From NCBI GenBank assembly GCA_907165135.1, contig OU015566.1, positions 7,998,001-8,062,000 of the forward strand: 64,000 nucleotides of DNA, in the 5' to 3' direction. Below the pieces are notes generated by a model. The model worked only from the letters and a program-made list of their open reading frames with translations. It made no database searches and was not told where the DNA came from. This stretch comes from Oikopleura dioica (lineage: Eukaryota; Animalia; Chordata). This document shows positions 47,684 through 59,900 of the stretch, one piece after another; position 1 is the first letter of the stretch; the number at the start of each line of letters is the position of its first letter. A program made the translations under genes and the position numbers.

Positions 47684-50600
47684 ATGAGTTCGCCCTGGAA
47701 GACGCCAGAGCGACCTCAAGCTCAGAGCTTTCGGGAATTGATGCAGGAGCAAAAGGAGGACGAAGTGAATAATGCTGAGGATAGAGATATTGCCATGGCG
47801 ATTAAACTTTCGATGGAGGACAGTTTATCAGTAGAACAAAGGTAAGTACGGGCTCTTAGTCGCGAAATCGCGAATTTTGGACGTACTTGCCTTCGAGGGT
47901 TAACGGAATTAACCCATATTGTAGCACACAGGAAGCATTTGCGGATCAAGAATCAGAATCAACAGATTGCACATCAGACGAGTTACTAGCACGAATGCTG
48001 CAGCAGAAATTCGACGAAGAATACGTTTCAAACCAAGCCTATCCAGGTCGCACAATAAATCACCCACCACCAGTGGCGATCCCGTCGGACGAAGATGACT
48101 ACGCTGACGAGCAAGATGAGCAAGGAGTGTACGACAAAGCCTTTCAAATTGGACGAAAAGGGTACGCCTGCGTAAATGGACACACAATTACAAAACACGA
48201 TCTGGAGATGAGTGGACACAGGAACATGCAAAAACTCACTGATAATATGCCACTAAGCTCGACTTGTGGCGATGCGCATACGTCACAAGTTCCATTGAGC
48301 AACAAGATTTATAACGATTTGAGGAGATCTGCGTTCAAAGGTAATTTATGACCATTTTCCTTAGTTTCCTTCAACTGAAAAGTCATCAGTCTAGTGTATG
48401 TTTTATTTCAGTCAGGTTTCAATTCAGCTTAATAATATTTGCCTGGGCGAACGATCTGTTACAGGTCGGGTTAGGACAAGAGGCCTCCGATATTTCCTGG
48501 TTGATTGGAAAGTTAAACGGGTTATTTAGCGTGAACAGTTGTTTCAAGCATTTTTGGCAAAACTGATGGCCACAGGTCGTAATAACGGAATGAAATCGTT
48601 CAATCTGGTCGTACGGAAGCACGCATTTTTTGCAAATATTTCCTTCCGCTGTTCCAGCTCCAGACAAAACAGAATGGTTGATTGACAAGTTCGTAAATTT
48701 GCGCTCGAAGTTGTCCAACTCCTTTTTCAAATCAGCAAGTTCTTCATTGTTTTCGTCGATTGATTTTTGGAGATTTTCTTTTTGGCGTTTTAGGGTTGAG
48801 ATTTTTGTTACAAGTTTTACGACGTTTTCATCTATTTCGGACTGTTGGGACGTTAAACTCGTGTTTTTGTCGGTCAGCTCTTGAATTTTGCTTCTCAAGA
48901 CACCTGAAAAATTGTTTTCCAATTTTCTCGGCTTAGAGGAGTATCTACTGGAGGGTCCAGTAGGCGTAGCCCCCCGGCTTAGGCTCAGAAGCCCCACCGA
49001 TAACCCCCTACTACCTAATAAATCACTTACCTGTGGTTCTTGAGAAATCCGAATGAAACGTTTCAAACTGCCGTTCCAAGTTCTCCTTTGCCGATTTTAT
49101 AATATTGCTCACGTCCGACATGTAATTTCGTTAAAATCGAGCTTTTAATCACTTCTCGTGCAAGACTTTTTTCTGCTTGAAATTCGAGTTATGTAAATAT
49201 TGAATATTGGTCCTGGCATGATCGCCGCAGAGGACCTTTGTTATGTTGTCGTAAAAATGGAGATTCAGGTGAAACACTTTTATTCGGACTGATAAAGCAT
49301 GAAAGAATTGGGAACTCATTTATTGAGGTGTTTTAGCTTTTCTTTTGCTTCTTCAATTTCTGAATTAAAATGGTTAGAAAATGAATGTGCCAGCTTCCTA
49401 CGTACGTTGGATTTTTTGACGATTGTCCTCAATAGCGCAATTAAGATGATTTTTTCTGCTTTCTAAGCGAAGTATTTTACGATTCAACTCTTTAATCTCT
49501 CTCTCGACTCTTTCCCTTTCTTCAAAAAGCTTCGGTTCCTCTGCTCTTCTGGCATTTAAATCATCATCAAGAACTTGCTCATAACTTTGCGTGTTGCATA
49601 AAATATCGACGATTTCCATCGCGTCTTTCTTGTTTTCAGACATATTTCAAAAGTAAGTCGCTCCTCTCTGATAATACCCGGAAAAGGGAAAATGCTCTCC
49701 TTTCGTGAGTGCATGCAAAAATCAAATATTGGACGAGAATTCTTGAATCACTCATTTTATTTTTCTTCTAATAAAAGCTCTAAAGCAGATGTTTTTTCTG
49801 TCCATTATTATCCGACGAGCTGGATGACCGTGGCGAGTCAATCGATGCTCCAAGTTTTCCAGTAAAGGAGAGCGTTTTGAGCTTTCGTTCTAACTCGGCC
49901 ATTTCGTTCTCCGCTTCTACGATCTTCATGCTTTTCTCGGCCTTTGACGCCTCGATCGAATCTCGTCGTTCTGTCAGCTTGTTGATCTCTTTTTGGAGCT
50001 GAGTTTTATTTATTATCGTAAATTGTCAAAATCAAGTTTACCTGGCGAAGTTTTTTGTCAATCGTCTTGGTTTCATTGTCAAAATCAGCCTGTTCATTTT
50101 TCAGTTTTCGAATCCGCTCGTTCAGTTCCGTTTTGTTCTTCTTGTAGCATCCCAAAAAGTAATTCAAGTTCTTTTCAAAGTCTCTTCTGCATCTTTCCTT
50201 GATCTCTTCGAGAACGCTATCATCATCTTCCATATTCTCTTTCAAAGAAAAAGAACTGCTTTAATTTTCGCAAGAAAATCTTTTATTTTCCAAATAGGGT
50301 CGTCGTATTTGCCCTTTCGTTGCTTTTTCAGCAAATAGAGATTCAGATTTTCAATTCTGAATTCGTCTTTCTCCGCTAAACTTATCGAACAATGGAGCTT
50401 GATCAGATCATAAAATGACGCTCAATGAGCCAGTATGAGAATTATTCGTGGATTTATCAAACTTCGCGTATTTTTATATGTGCCAGTTTCTCTCATGAAA
50501 AAAGGCTAATGCTCCTAAGGTTTGAACTTCGGAGAATCTTATTCTCTAACTTCTATTCTTGAACTAAATAAACTAATGCCTCCTAAGGAAGGCGTACAAC

Positions 50601-52115
50601 GGGTGTAATACAAATTGTTAGATAAAAACATTCAGATCAAAAACGAACCCGTCGCCAAAGCGAAAAATCCCAAAAAGCGACGGCCGAGCGAGCGATGGAC
50701 GAGAGCACCAGAGTCACACTTCAAAAAGCCATCAACAACGGCATGGTTGAATCATTTGGCGGCATCGTTGCCACTGGAAAGGAAGCAGTTGTCATTCATG
50801 CGACAGGAGGTCAAACGACGGAGGAGCTTCAAGAGCCGATTCCGGGAGAATTGGCCGTCAAGGTTTTCAAAACGACGCTGAATGAATTTAAGAACAGACA
50901 GGATTATATTGCCAACGATTATAGGAACGAGCTCGAAAACGCATCTTTCTCCCTATTCTCAAATGAGAAATAATAATTATTTTTTTCTGCCAAGAAGATA
51001 ATTTTCGAACGCGCTAAAAAGGTTCAAAGATCGCTTCAAAAAGATGAACCCTCGCAAGATTATTCGAATGTGGTGCGAAAAAGAGCTGTTTAATTTAAAA
51101 CTGTTGCTGAAGCATGGAATTCCCTGCCCAGAACCGGTCACTATCAAGAAGCATATTCTATTTATGAGATTTATTGGCGATAATGGTATTCCTGCCCCGC
51201 GGCTAAAAGATGCTCAGGGATGCGGCCAAAAATACTAGTGGAGGTTAAGTCCATCGTATCTTGGAATAAGCCAGAGAATGCAAGATAATCATTGAAGTTT
51301 CTTAGTAATAATCGATGAAATTACCATTGATCAATTTTTGCATAAGGGCTAAAAGCAACCGTTCAAAATGAAAGCCGTTTCGAAAGATAACAAAAGAGAA
51401 GCAAAAACTAGAAGTGTTCGACCAAGTGCTCGAAATCCTCGGAAAAATGTGGTCGAAGGCGAAAATCGTTCATGGTGATTTCTCCGAGTTCAACTTATTA
51501 TATCATCAAAAACGAGTTTGGGTGATTGACGTTTCTCAAGCTGTGCCTCGGGAGCATCCAATGGCTCTTTCGCTTCTTCTGAGGGATTGTGAGGCTGTTC
51601 ATAGATTTTTCGCTGACACTTGGAAGCTTGAAGCGATTCCTGTGAAACAAGCGATTTTCAACAGGTAAGCGTCATTGATTTTATGCTTCCAGATTCTTAA
51701 TTTACAACCCGTAGAGTGACGGGTTACGGGTTTGGCAAGGTATCAGAGGACGAGCCACACGTACCAACAGATGTGACGGCTTTCAACGAAGAATTCGAAG
51801 CGCTAGAGCTAGAAATGCAACGCAGAATCGACACTCAGAAGAATCAGTTTTCGATTGATTTCGCACTCGGCAGAGAGGATGATTTCGACGAGAGAGATGT
51901 GGCACTTCATGAGAGGGAGAGTTACAACGATTTTTTGACGCATTTGTCCAACATGAATGTCAAAAGGTACTTTTTTCTGAAGGCCTGGAGATCAGCTCGA
52001 TTTTAGCATGGAACATGAAAGAATACCAGAAAGTGACGAGTCGAGCTCTGAAGGCTCAGAAGACGAGACGGAAGTCAAAACCGTTTATGAAGCGCCTTCT
52101 ACTAGTACTACATGA
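47684..52115 (+). CDS. RIOK3: Serine/threonine kinase RIO3 (large intron 48341-50635 hosts nested genes)
   Basis: RIOK3-type N-terminus (SPW...SFRELMQEQ; TITKHD...LSNKIYNDLR). Kinase motifs ATGKEAVV, AVKVFKTTLNEFKNR, NPRKIIRMWCEKELFNL, MRFIG, HGDFSEFNLL, IDVSQAV. Confidence 0.93.
48419..49121 (-). CDS. Coiled-coil + C3HC4 RING-finger protein, nested antisense in the RIOK3 intron (exons 49121-49031, 48903-48419)
   Basis: MSDVSNIIKSAKENLERQF...|GVLRSKIQEL heptads, then CKKC-x14-CGHQFCQKC-x23-CPNPTC. GT-AG phase-1 intron. Confidence 0.82.
49316..49643 (-). CDS. Small coiled-coil protein without RING, nested in the RIOK3 intron
   Basis: MSENKK...IKELNRKILRLESRKNHLNCAIEDNRQKIQ|QIEEAKEKLKHLNK*. 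The heptad segment aligns by eye with the neighbouring RING protein. Confidence 0.6.
49780..50233 (-). CDS. Coiled-coil protein without RING, nested in the RIOK3 intron (start may lie further upstream)
   Basis: MEDDDSVLEEIKERCRRDFEKNLNYF...IDKKLRQ|LQKEINKLTERRDSIEAS...MAELERKLKTLS...KKHLL*. One GT-AG intron. Confidence 0.65.
50925..51021 (+). other. Non-canonical GA-AG intron in RIOK3
   Basis: Removing GAACGA...AAAAAG restores NDYR-FKDRFKKMNPRKII, which matches RIOK3 DDFRFKDRFSKLNPRKII. No suitably placed GT donor exists. Confidence 0.8.
51218..51386 (+). other. Non-canonical GG-AG intron in RIOK3
   Basis: CAG|GGATGC...GAAAG|ATA joins PAPRLKDAQ to ITKEKQKLEVFDQ in frame, with spacing like RIOK3 PAPKLKEVKLNSEEMKEAY. 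Read-through hits TAG. Confidence 0.65.
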
Positions 52116-52225
52116 CTGTATTTCTCTTTTGACTTTTTTCTGACCTCACTTCACTTTAATTTTTTAATAAATATATTACTGAAATATACCGAAATCGGAA
52201 GCAAATTCAAACTCTCAAATTTAGA

Positions 52226-53481
52226 ATGGCGCTTAGTTTGTACGGCTTGATTTCATCCGCCGAGCGCGATTTCATCATCAACGGGGTAAATGATGATATG
52301 AGGACTGATGGCAGGACTTGCAACGACTTTCGAGTGATTGAAGTAATGAATTAAACTAAAATTCATGTTCTTGTAAACGCTGTTTAGATGGAAACAGGCT
52401 GTATTGAAACAACAAACGGCTCCGCTCGCGTGAGAATCGGCTCAACAGAACTCCTGGTTGGAGTAAAAGCAGAACTTGAAAAAGCAACACTCGCTGATGG
52501 CGACGCTGGACGACTTGAATTTAGCGTCGATTGCAGTCCAAATGCTACGCCGATGTTTGAGGGAAGACGCGGTGGACAAGATATTGAGGCGGAAATTGCG
52601 ACTTTATTCAACAGATTTTATCAAGCAGAAGAATTTATGGACAGAAAAAAATTAACTGTCGTGCCGAATGCGTGGTGCTGGGTGCTTTATGTCGATATTT
52701 TGAGTAAGTTTTGATAAAGCATTCATAGACTCTCGAATGTAGGGTTTTTCTCTTGTAAACCTTTTATAGACTCATAAATTCTGACACTGGATTTTTACAC
52801 CGATCGCACGGTCATTTTTTAATCAGCATTGGTACATCAATAACAGAGTAAACTTTAATTGTGATCATTTTACAAAAATAATTCAAATTTCAAATGAAGT
52901 TCCTGCTACGAATGATATTTATGTCCCCCTCGTTTGTTGATCCTTATCTTTGACAAACATATTTCCTAAATCGAACCACAGAAGCCCTATTTACCTCATT
53001 TTTCAGTCTTGGAAGTTGGCGGCAATCTGGTGGACGCATCAAGCATCGCTGTCAAAGCTGCCCTACTAGACACACGGTTGCCGCTTTTGAACATTGAAAA
53101 AGGCGACGAGGACGAGTTCGACATTCAAGTCAGCGACGATCCTTTGGACGGAGAGGAGCTTGATGTTCACCCGCCACTGACTGTAACTGTTGCGAAGCTA
53201 GGACATAGATATATTGTTGACCCGACGGATGAAGAAGAAGCTGTCACTCTTGCGAGCTTGATTGTTTCAGTAAATGTAAGACAAACGCAATATTCAAAAG
53301 TTTAGCAGATTTTCAGGAAAACGGAGAGGCTAGAGGGATGAAGCAATCAGGAAAAGGAAGCCTTGATCCTTCCTCAATCATCGAAATGATCTCTATCGCG
53401 AAAAAAGCTGCAAAAACCCTTCACAGATCAGTCAACCGAGCCGTGGCCGCTACAGAAGACGAAGATATTCGGCGGCTGTGA
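52226..53481 (+). CDS. EXOSC7: Exosome complex component RRP42
   Basis: RTDGRTCNDFR, TNGSARVRIG, VGVKAE, FSVDCSPNATPMFEGR, WVLYVDIL|ILEVGGNL, VSDDP, IVDPTDEEE (RNase PH fold). Confidence 0.93.
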
Positions 53482-53555
53482 AAATCCGTCTCTGAAAATA
53501 AAGGATACTGTACTGCCGAATCTCTCTTCAATACTTGATTTTTAGACGATGTCGT

Positions 53556-55602
53556 ATGGTGTTCGCTGTTACTGACCTAACAAGGGTCATATTTTTCTGG
53601 ATCAAATGGGTGAAAATCATCTTTGAATACATTCGACCACGTGCTGCTCCGCAAGAACTGATAGTTAATAAATGCTTGGCGAAATTAAAGTGTGAATCGC
53701 TCGTTACTCCAAGGTAAACGATCAGCTAAAACGATAGATACTTATATTAACTTTTAGGCCTTTTGACCCAGTTGGACTTTCCGTATCTCCCGATGGAACT
53801 ATCGCGGTCGTTTCCGGCCCACATCATTCGGTCAAGATCTACTACGCAGATGGCCAGCATTTGAAAACTTATGATGATCTTTGGTACCCAAGATCTGTCG
53901 CATTTGGGCCAGATTCTTTACTTGTAAGTTTCGATTTCCCATTTTCGAGCCTCATTTTATCAAAGGTCGTCTCCGATACGGGCAACCACTGTATAAAGTA
54001 CTACGCAAGAAACCGAGAAGTCAAAACGATCAATCTCAATGTAGAATTTCCAATTGGAACTTGCCTCACGAGCGATTCCCGTCTCATCATTATCGACTGG
54101 AAGGGTGCAAAAATGCTTCGAAATGGAAAAATTTCCGCTCCTGTTTCTGGCTCCCGTGTTGCGAAGATTTACAAAGGTGATTTTGTATTTTTATTCTGTT
54201 TTAACTGGGGTTTCAGTGAACTGGGACAGTGGCGAAGCGACTCGCAAGGGCAAAATCTTGCGAGGGATTCAGATGCCGTGGAATTTGGCGTACAACAAGT
54301 TAACGGACAAGATCTACGTCATTGGAACGGTTCTATCGCTTCCAAAGGGTTTTCTTCCTCAATTTCTTGGATCAAAACAACTTCGTAGTTTTCCGAGGCG
54401 TCTTGAAAGCTTCGGAATGTGAGCAAAGCGACGAAGAGTAGAAAGAACACCTAATGAAATATTAAATTAGATAAATTCTCCGTTGATTTCAAATAAAAGT
54501 CTCACCCAAGCTACGATCGGATTACGATGCTCCCAGAGAGTTTCGCGAGCGTCCTTTCTCTGTTTACTTTATTGGGTTATCTTGATTTGAGTCAGCCTGG
54601 GCTCCGAAACCTGTGTAGAAACCTGAGTCAGGCATTATGAATGCCAGACTAGTTCAGGCCCAAGTCAGTTTTTAAACAAAACCCCGTTTTTTTCATTAAA
54701 GATCTTTAAGACCCTGACTCAGGTTTTCTACACAGGACAAATCAAGGAGTCAGCCTCCTAGATTGTTTCATTTTCAAGCTGAACCCTTTCCAGAAAATGA
54801 TGCAGTAAATTAGCGTACACATATTTTCAGTTTAACACATCAATTCAACTAAAAAATACTGTCGCAAAACAAGTTATTTTTTCATAAGCGATCTAGAACC
54901 GATTGAAAAGACGATGGTGACAGAAGCATCAAGATTTTCGACCCAGAATCCGCCCGGATGATCCATCAAATTGGCCCAAGAGTTGGCATGAACCGCAAGC
55001 TTGGTTACATGTTCGTTTTCGAGCTCTTGAATTGTGGCTTTAGCGTTTTTGTTTAGGTATGGAATTACCGTGGATGATGATGGAGACGTGATAGTTTCTG
55101 AATCTGAATTCGGTCAAATTTTACTGTTCAAATGCCACGGCGGATTGAGTTTTACAGGTCCATTCGTCATTGCCGATGAAGGTTAGTAGGCTCCTGTAAG
55201 TTCCTATTTGAACCTTTTCCGAAAGGACTTTCGCGACCAATGGGCATCGGAATCACCCCCGAAGGCTACTTAGCCGTGGCCGACCGCTACAACCACTGTA
55301 TCCGCTTGTACAAATACAAAAGAGACTCGTCGGACTGCATGGATTGCCTGGAGAGCGGAGGCGTCTGCCCAAAATGCCGAGATCATCAGTACATGAACAA
55401 GGGATGGAAAGGAAGGCGTCAAGCGACGACCAGACTGAACATCCGAGAGGAGAGGGCCAGACTCGTTCGCAAAAGAGAACAAGATAGAAAACGAAGCGTC
55501 AAGACTGGAGGAGCCGAACTCACTGTCAAAGGAATGGTTCGAAATAGTACCGAAATAGTTTTTTTCATTTTAACTTTTCCAGATAAAAATATTTATTATT
55601 AA
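53556..55602 (+). CDS. NHL-repeat beta-propeller protein (internal and 3' exon boundaries approximate)
   Basis: Repeats PVGLSVSPDGTIAV, YPRSVAFGPDSLL|VVSDTGNHCIK, YGITVDDDGDVIVSE, PMGIGITPEGYLAVADRYNHCIRLY. Confidence 0.75.
54610..54736. mobile_element. Short MITE (family A, copy 2), intronic in the NHL gene
   Basis: CCTGTGTAGAAACCTGAGTCAGG ... CCTGACTCAGGTTTTCTACACAGG. The same motif occurs at 13343-13366. Confidence 0.7.
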
Positions 55603-56980
55603 AAATTCGATAGAATAATCTGATCTCGAACCCTAAAAGCCTTCGAATAAGGACCGAAAACCTTGCATTTTGTACAATTCTGGGAGTACGCTTTGTATAC
55701 CCACCAACTAGGGCTCTTTTTATCACATTTTTACCTCGATTGCCAACAACTATTGTCAACTTTTCACCCTCTTTCGAGCATTTTAACAACTATTTTCTGT
55801 AAACAACTCCTTCTCAAGTTCTGATAACAATTTCTGTACCTTCCCCGAGCTTCTACTAATCATTTCTTACTGTCTGTATTAAAAATATCCGTTTTACCTA
55901 CTATCCAATTTATATATTTCTGATCAAACCTGCACACTATTACAATAAAAAAATAATTACAAGTACTGAATTCTTTTAAAAATGCAGTTCTATAGCTGCT
56001 TTTTAATTGGCCTTCTTACAGTAATTGCAGGAAAAGGAGGAAAATCGCCCTAAAACCTAAAATCCGTATCGATTTATCGCAAAAATCCCCCGCAAATTCT
56101 CTTTCTTCCCAAATTATCCGTCAAGAAACAAGTTACAAACTCAAACAAAGGCATGAGCAATAATGAAAGATCAGCTGCTCGTTAATAAAATATCCCAGCA
56201 TTGAAAAAACTCGTGAAATAATTGGCGACGCGCCCCTTAGCCGACCTTGACCGAGACCGTCAACTGGCCGCGGCGGGCGCTGATTGGTCGAAACGATCGA
56301 ACTTGAGGTCGCGCGGGGCCGAGCGCGTTTTTTGTCTCAATTTTTCCCTTTATCCCATTTTCTTAAAAACTAAAGAAATAGCTAAAATAAAGATTTTTTT
56401 GCGAAACTTGAGCAGAGATGTTTAAAAGTTTGTAACGAAAAAAGAAAGAAAAAAATATGCGGAAGAATTCTTCTAGAATAAGCTGTTTATGAGTTGCTAA
56501 AGCAGTTATTACAGTCATACTTGCAAGGTTCAGTCTATCAGGTAAAGCATTTATGATTTTTTTATTGATCCGCACTTTTTAATTTTTAAGTGATTTGTTT
56601 ATAAAAAAAGTTGATCAAGATAAATATAATTTTATTAAAATTCCTAAAGGGAGTAACGTAAAAACTTTAAATCAATTCTGCTTATTTATTTCGTTCATTA
56701 TCATTCACGTTTCACCGTAGAAATATGAGAGATAATTGCAGATTTCCACTAATTTATTCACGACAATTAAGATTACTGGTATTTATATAAGCGTTCTGGA
56801 CAAATCATCCTCCGGAAAAAATATTACGCGAGAAAATTTTGTTCATAAAAGCGGTGAAATCATAAACCGTGGATTTCACACCCACTCAACGCTTATAAAA
56901 TTTATTTCGGAAGATTGACAAGCTGTTCTAGAATAGAGAGAGTTGTTATGTAAAGTTTTAGGCTGTCTGGTAGTTTTTTC

Positions 56981-59900
56981 ATGGACCGACGTCTACGCGC
57001 CGAATGGCTTGAGCGATTAGATCAAGACTGGCTCAATGAGCCTAAGGAAAGGGTCTCAAGAATTTAAAAATCAAACTCGTTATCAGGGCAATATCGATGC
57101 TAAAAGTGTCATAAAGAGGTCGTCAAAGTCAATTTGCTTATCAAATAGAATCGACCTCGATTTGGCTTTTTAGATTCTTTTTCTTAGAATAAACACCCCT
57201 CTGACTCCTGACAAAAGCTCTTTTCTATCTATCGAGATGACGTCGTCAAGCTCTTCGAACGGCTGCAGAAGAACAAAGAGGTCTGCTATACAACCACCGG
57301 AAATATCGGAGCCTCGGCGGTGTTACCCGACCTCGAACGGTAAGACTCCTCATCTTTATCAACAATTGGCTGACGACGTTGTTCTAGAAATGCGCCATCG
57401 GAGAAAGATTGTCGGCAGTTCATGTCTGATGTGATCGACGCTCAGCAGAGGGCGGTTATCCGAGCAGTGCAAGATTCTGAATTCGGAGCCATCCTCAGCA
57501 AACGCCTCGTCGTGTCGAATAGAGTCATTAGGTGAATTTCCTTTTCTTCCTTGATTTCACTGATCTGCCTTTTAGGGCCGCGCAAAACGCAAGTAAGGCT
57601 GCACTGGAGCGCCAGTCTACCTCAAAATTGACCTCTCTTTCTTCCTCTAAACAAGACCACGAGCAGCCAGAAAACGCCGTGCACAAACTCATGGCGCAAG
57701 CAGGTCTGCAATTGGTCTTTTCTCTTCTCAAGAATTGTTCTCATTCTGATTCTCCTTCCAACATTCAACTTGTTATCGATACTTTATCTACAGCAAAGGA
57801 AAGGCTTTTAAATCACCAACAAATCCAATGAAAAACCCATTTAAATGAGATTCTTTCACCTAGGCGGAATTTTCTAAAGCCTGTCAAAGTCATGTTTACT
57901 CAGTTTACCTCCTTTATCTTTATCCCAAACCAACTCTCTCGGAGCCCTTGGCACTGACTGTCTCCAACAAATGGAGAGCTTCCTCTCTTCCTGGATCGCC
58001 GATTCCTCCGACGAAACCATCAGGGAGCTCGCCACGGAGACCCTCTTCGCCATCGCGATTCAACGCGGTCAACTTCGGCACATTCTGTCCTTCGTTTCTC
58101 TTCAACTCACGACTTCTGTCTCGTGCACTGGTGCCGCGCTCTACTCTGCAATCAATACCATCCAAGCCCATGCAAATTCTTCAAGTCAACCCAAGTCAGA
58201 AGTGGTTCGCTCAATTGAAGCCCAGATCTTGAATATGATCGCCAAGAAGCCCAAAGTCACTGCGGATCAAAGCGCTTTGACGATCCTATCATCCATCGCC
58301 GTTGCGTCCGGTGATGAAGGCGCCAATAATGGCGGGCCAAGCTACGCTGAAGAAGTCTTTTGCTGGGGCTCGAACTCTTCCCAGCAGCTGACTGACGCCA
58401 CGCCAGAAGATAAGCTCCTTTACCCGCGAAACCTGAGTGTCTACGGAAAGGTGATGTCGATGACTGCTGGTCAGTACTGTACCTTCGCCGTGCTTTCCAA
58501 CGGCACTGTCATGGCGAACGGGAAAGGAAGCTATGGTCGGCTCGGAAACGGAGCTTCTGCTTCATCTTCAAGTCCGATCTTGATTGAGTTCTCCGCTCCA
58601 GTTCGGAAAATCATGACCTCCAAGGGGTCAGATGGTCATTCTGTCGCCATCGGCAAGAATGGACAAATTTGGAGTTGGGGCGATGGCGATTACGGAAAAC
58701 TCGGCCACGGCGATTCCACTACTCAGAAGAGTCCAAAACTCATCGAAGCCCTGGCGAGCCGAGTCATCGTTGACGCCGACTGTGGACATCGCCACACAGC
58801 AGCTATCTGCGATGCTGGAAATCTTTACACTTGGGGCGAAGGCGACTACGGTCGTCTTGGCCTTGGGGATGCACTCCAGCGATCTGTGCCCGTTCAAGTG
58901 CCCGACATTCGTGAAGCAAGTCAAGTTGTCTGCGGTTTCAACCATACTGTTGTCCTCTCGACTGACGGGCGAACTGTTTGGTCCTTTGGTGCAGCTGAAA
59001 ATGGCAAGCTCGGGCATGGAGATACAAATCGTCAGTTCCGACCTAAAATCATCGATGCTCTTCAAGGCTTGACGATCACGAAGATTGCGGCTGGAACCCA
59101 ACTCTCCGCTGCTCTGACTCGAGAAGGTGCCGTGTACGTATGGGGCTTCGGCCCTTGCCTTGGAAATGGCGCCAGCGATGAGACCTACTTGACTCCAAAA
59201 GTGGTGCGCGGGTTATCTGGCCGAATGGTCATCGATATTTCTATTGGTGAAAATCACGTCATCGCCTTGACAAAAGATGGCCTCGTGTTTACTTGGGGCA
59301 ATAATCAGAACGGCCAGTGCGGTACTGGAAGTGGAATCGCAACTTACACTTCTCCGCAAATGGTTCAGGGCCTACATGGCGCTGGAATCCAGCAAGTATC
59401 TGCTGGAACTACTCATACTTTTGTCTGGTCCGCGGCGCCCTGCGAAGAACACCTGCAGACAAAACACAAGCCCTTCAAACTCGACTTGCACCAGAAAACC
59501 TTCTCGTCGATCAGAGAGCTTCTAGATAAATACGAGCCGCGGGATGCTCCCAAAGCCCCTTTCAAAGATCTGAAGGAGCAGGAAAAGGCGTATCTTCAAG
59601 TACTGACACTTCTACGAAACCACCTTCACGTCGCGAAGAGTTTCCATCATAGTGGGGATAATCCTCTCGGAGAAGAAGCGACTGCTCTAAGACAGCTTCT
59701 GTTCGCAAGTTTGGACAAAAACTATACCCGCGATGTTGCGAAAACGATCGAACAATGCGTCACGGTCGGTGCGGAGCTTCTCATGCCTGATATGGCTGGT
59801 CGCATCGAAGTCCTTCTTACCCTTCTCCCCACTTGCCCCGACAAGCTGGCAAAGATGTCTCATGGAAAGAAAACTCAACTCATTATCATCCTAGCCTCTC

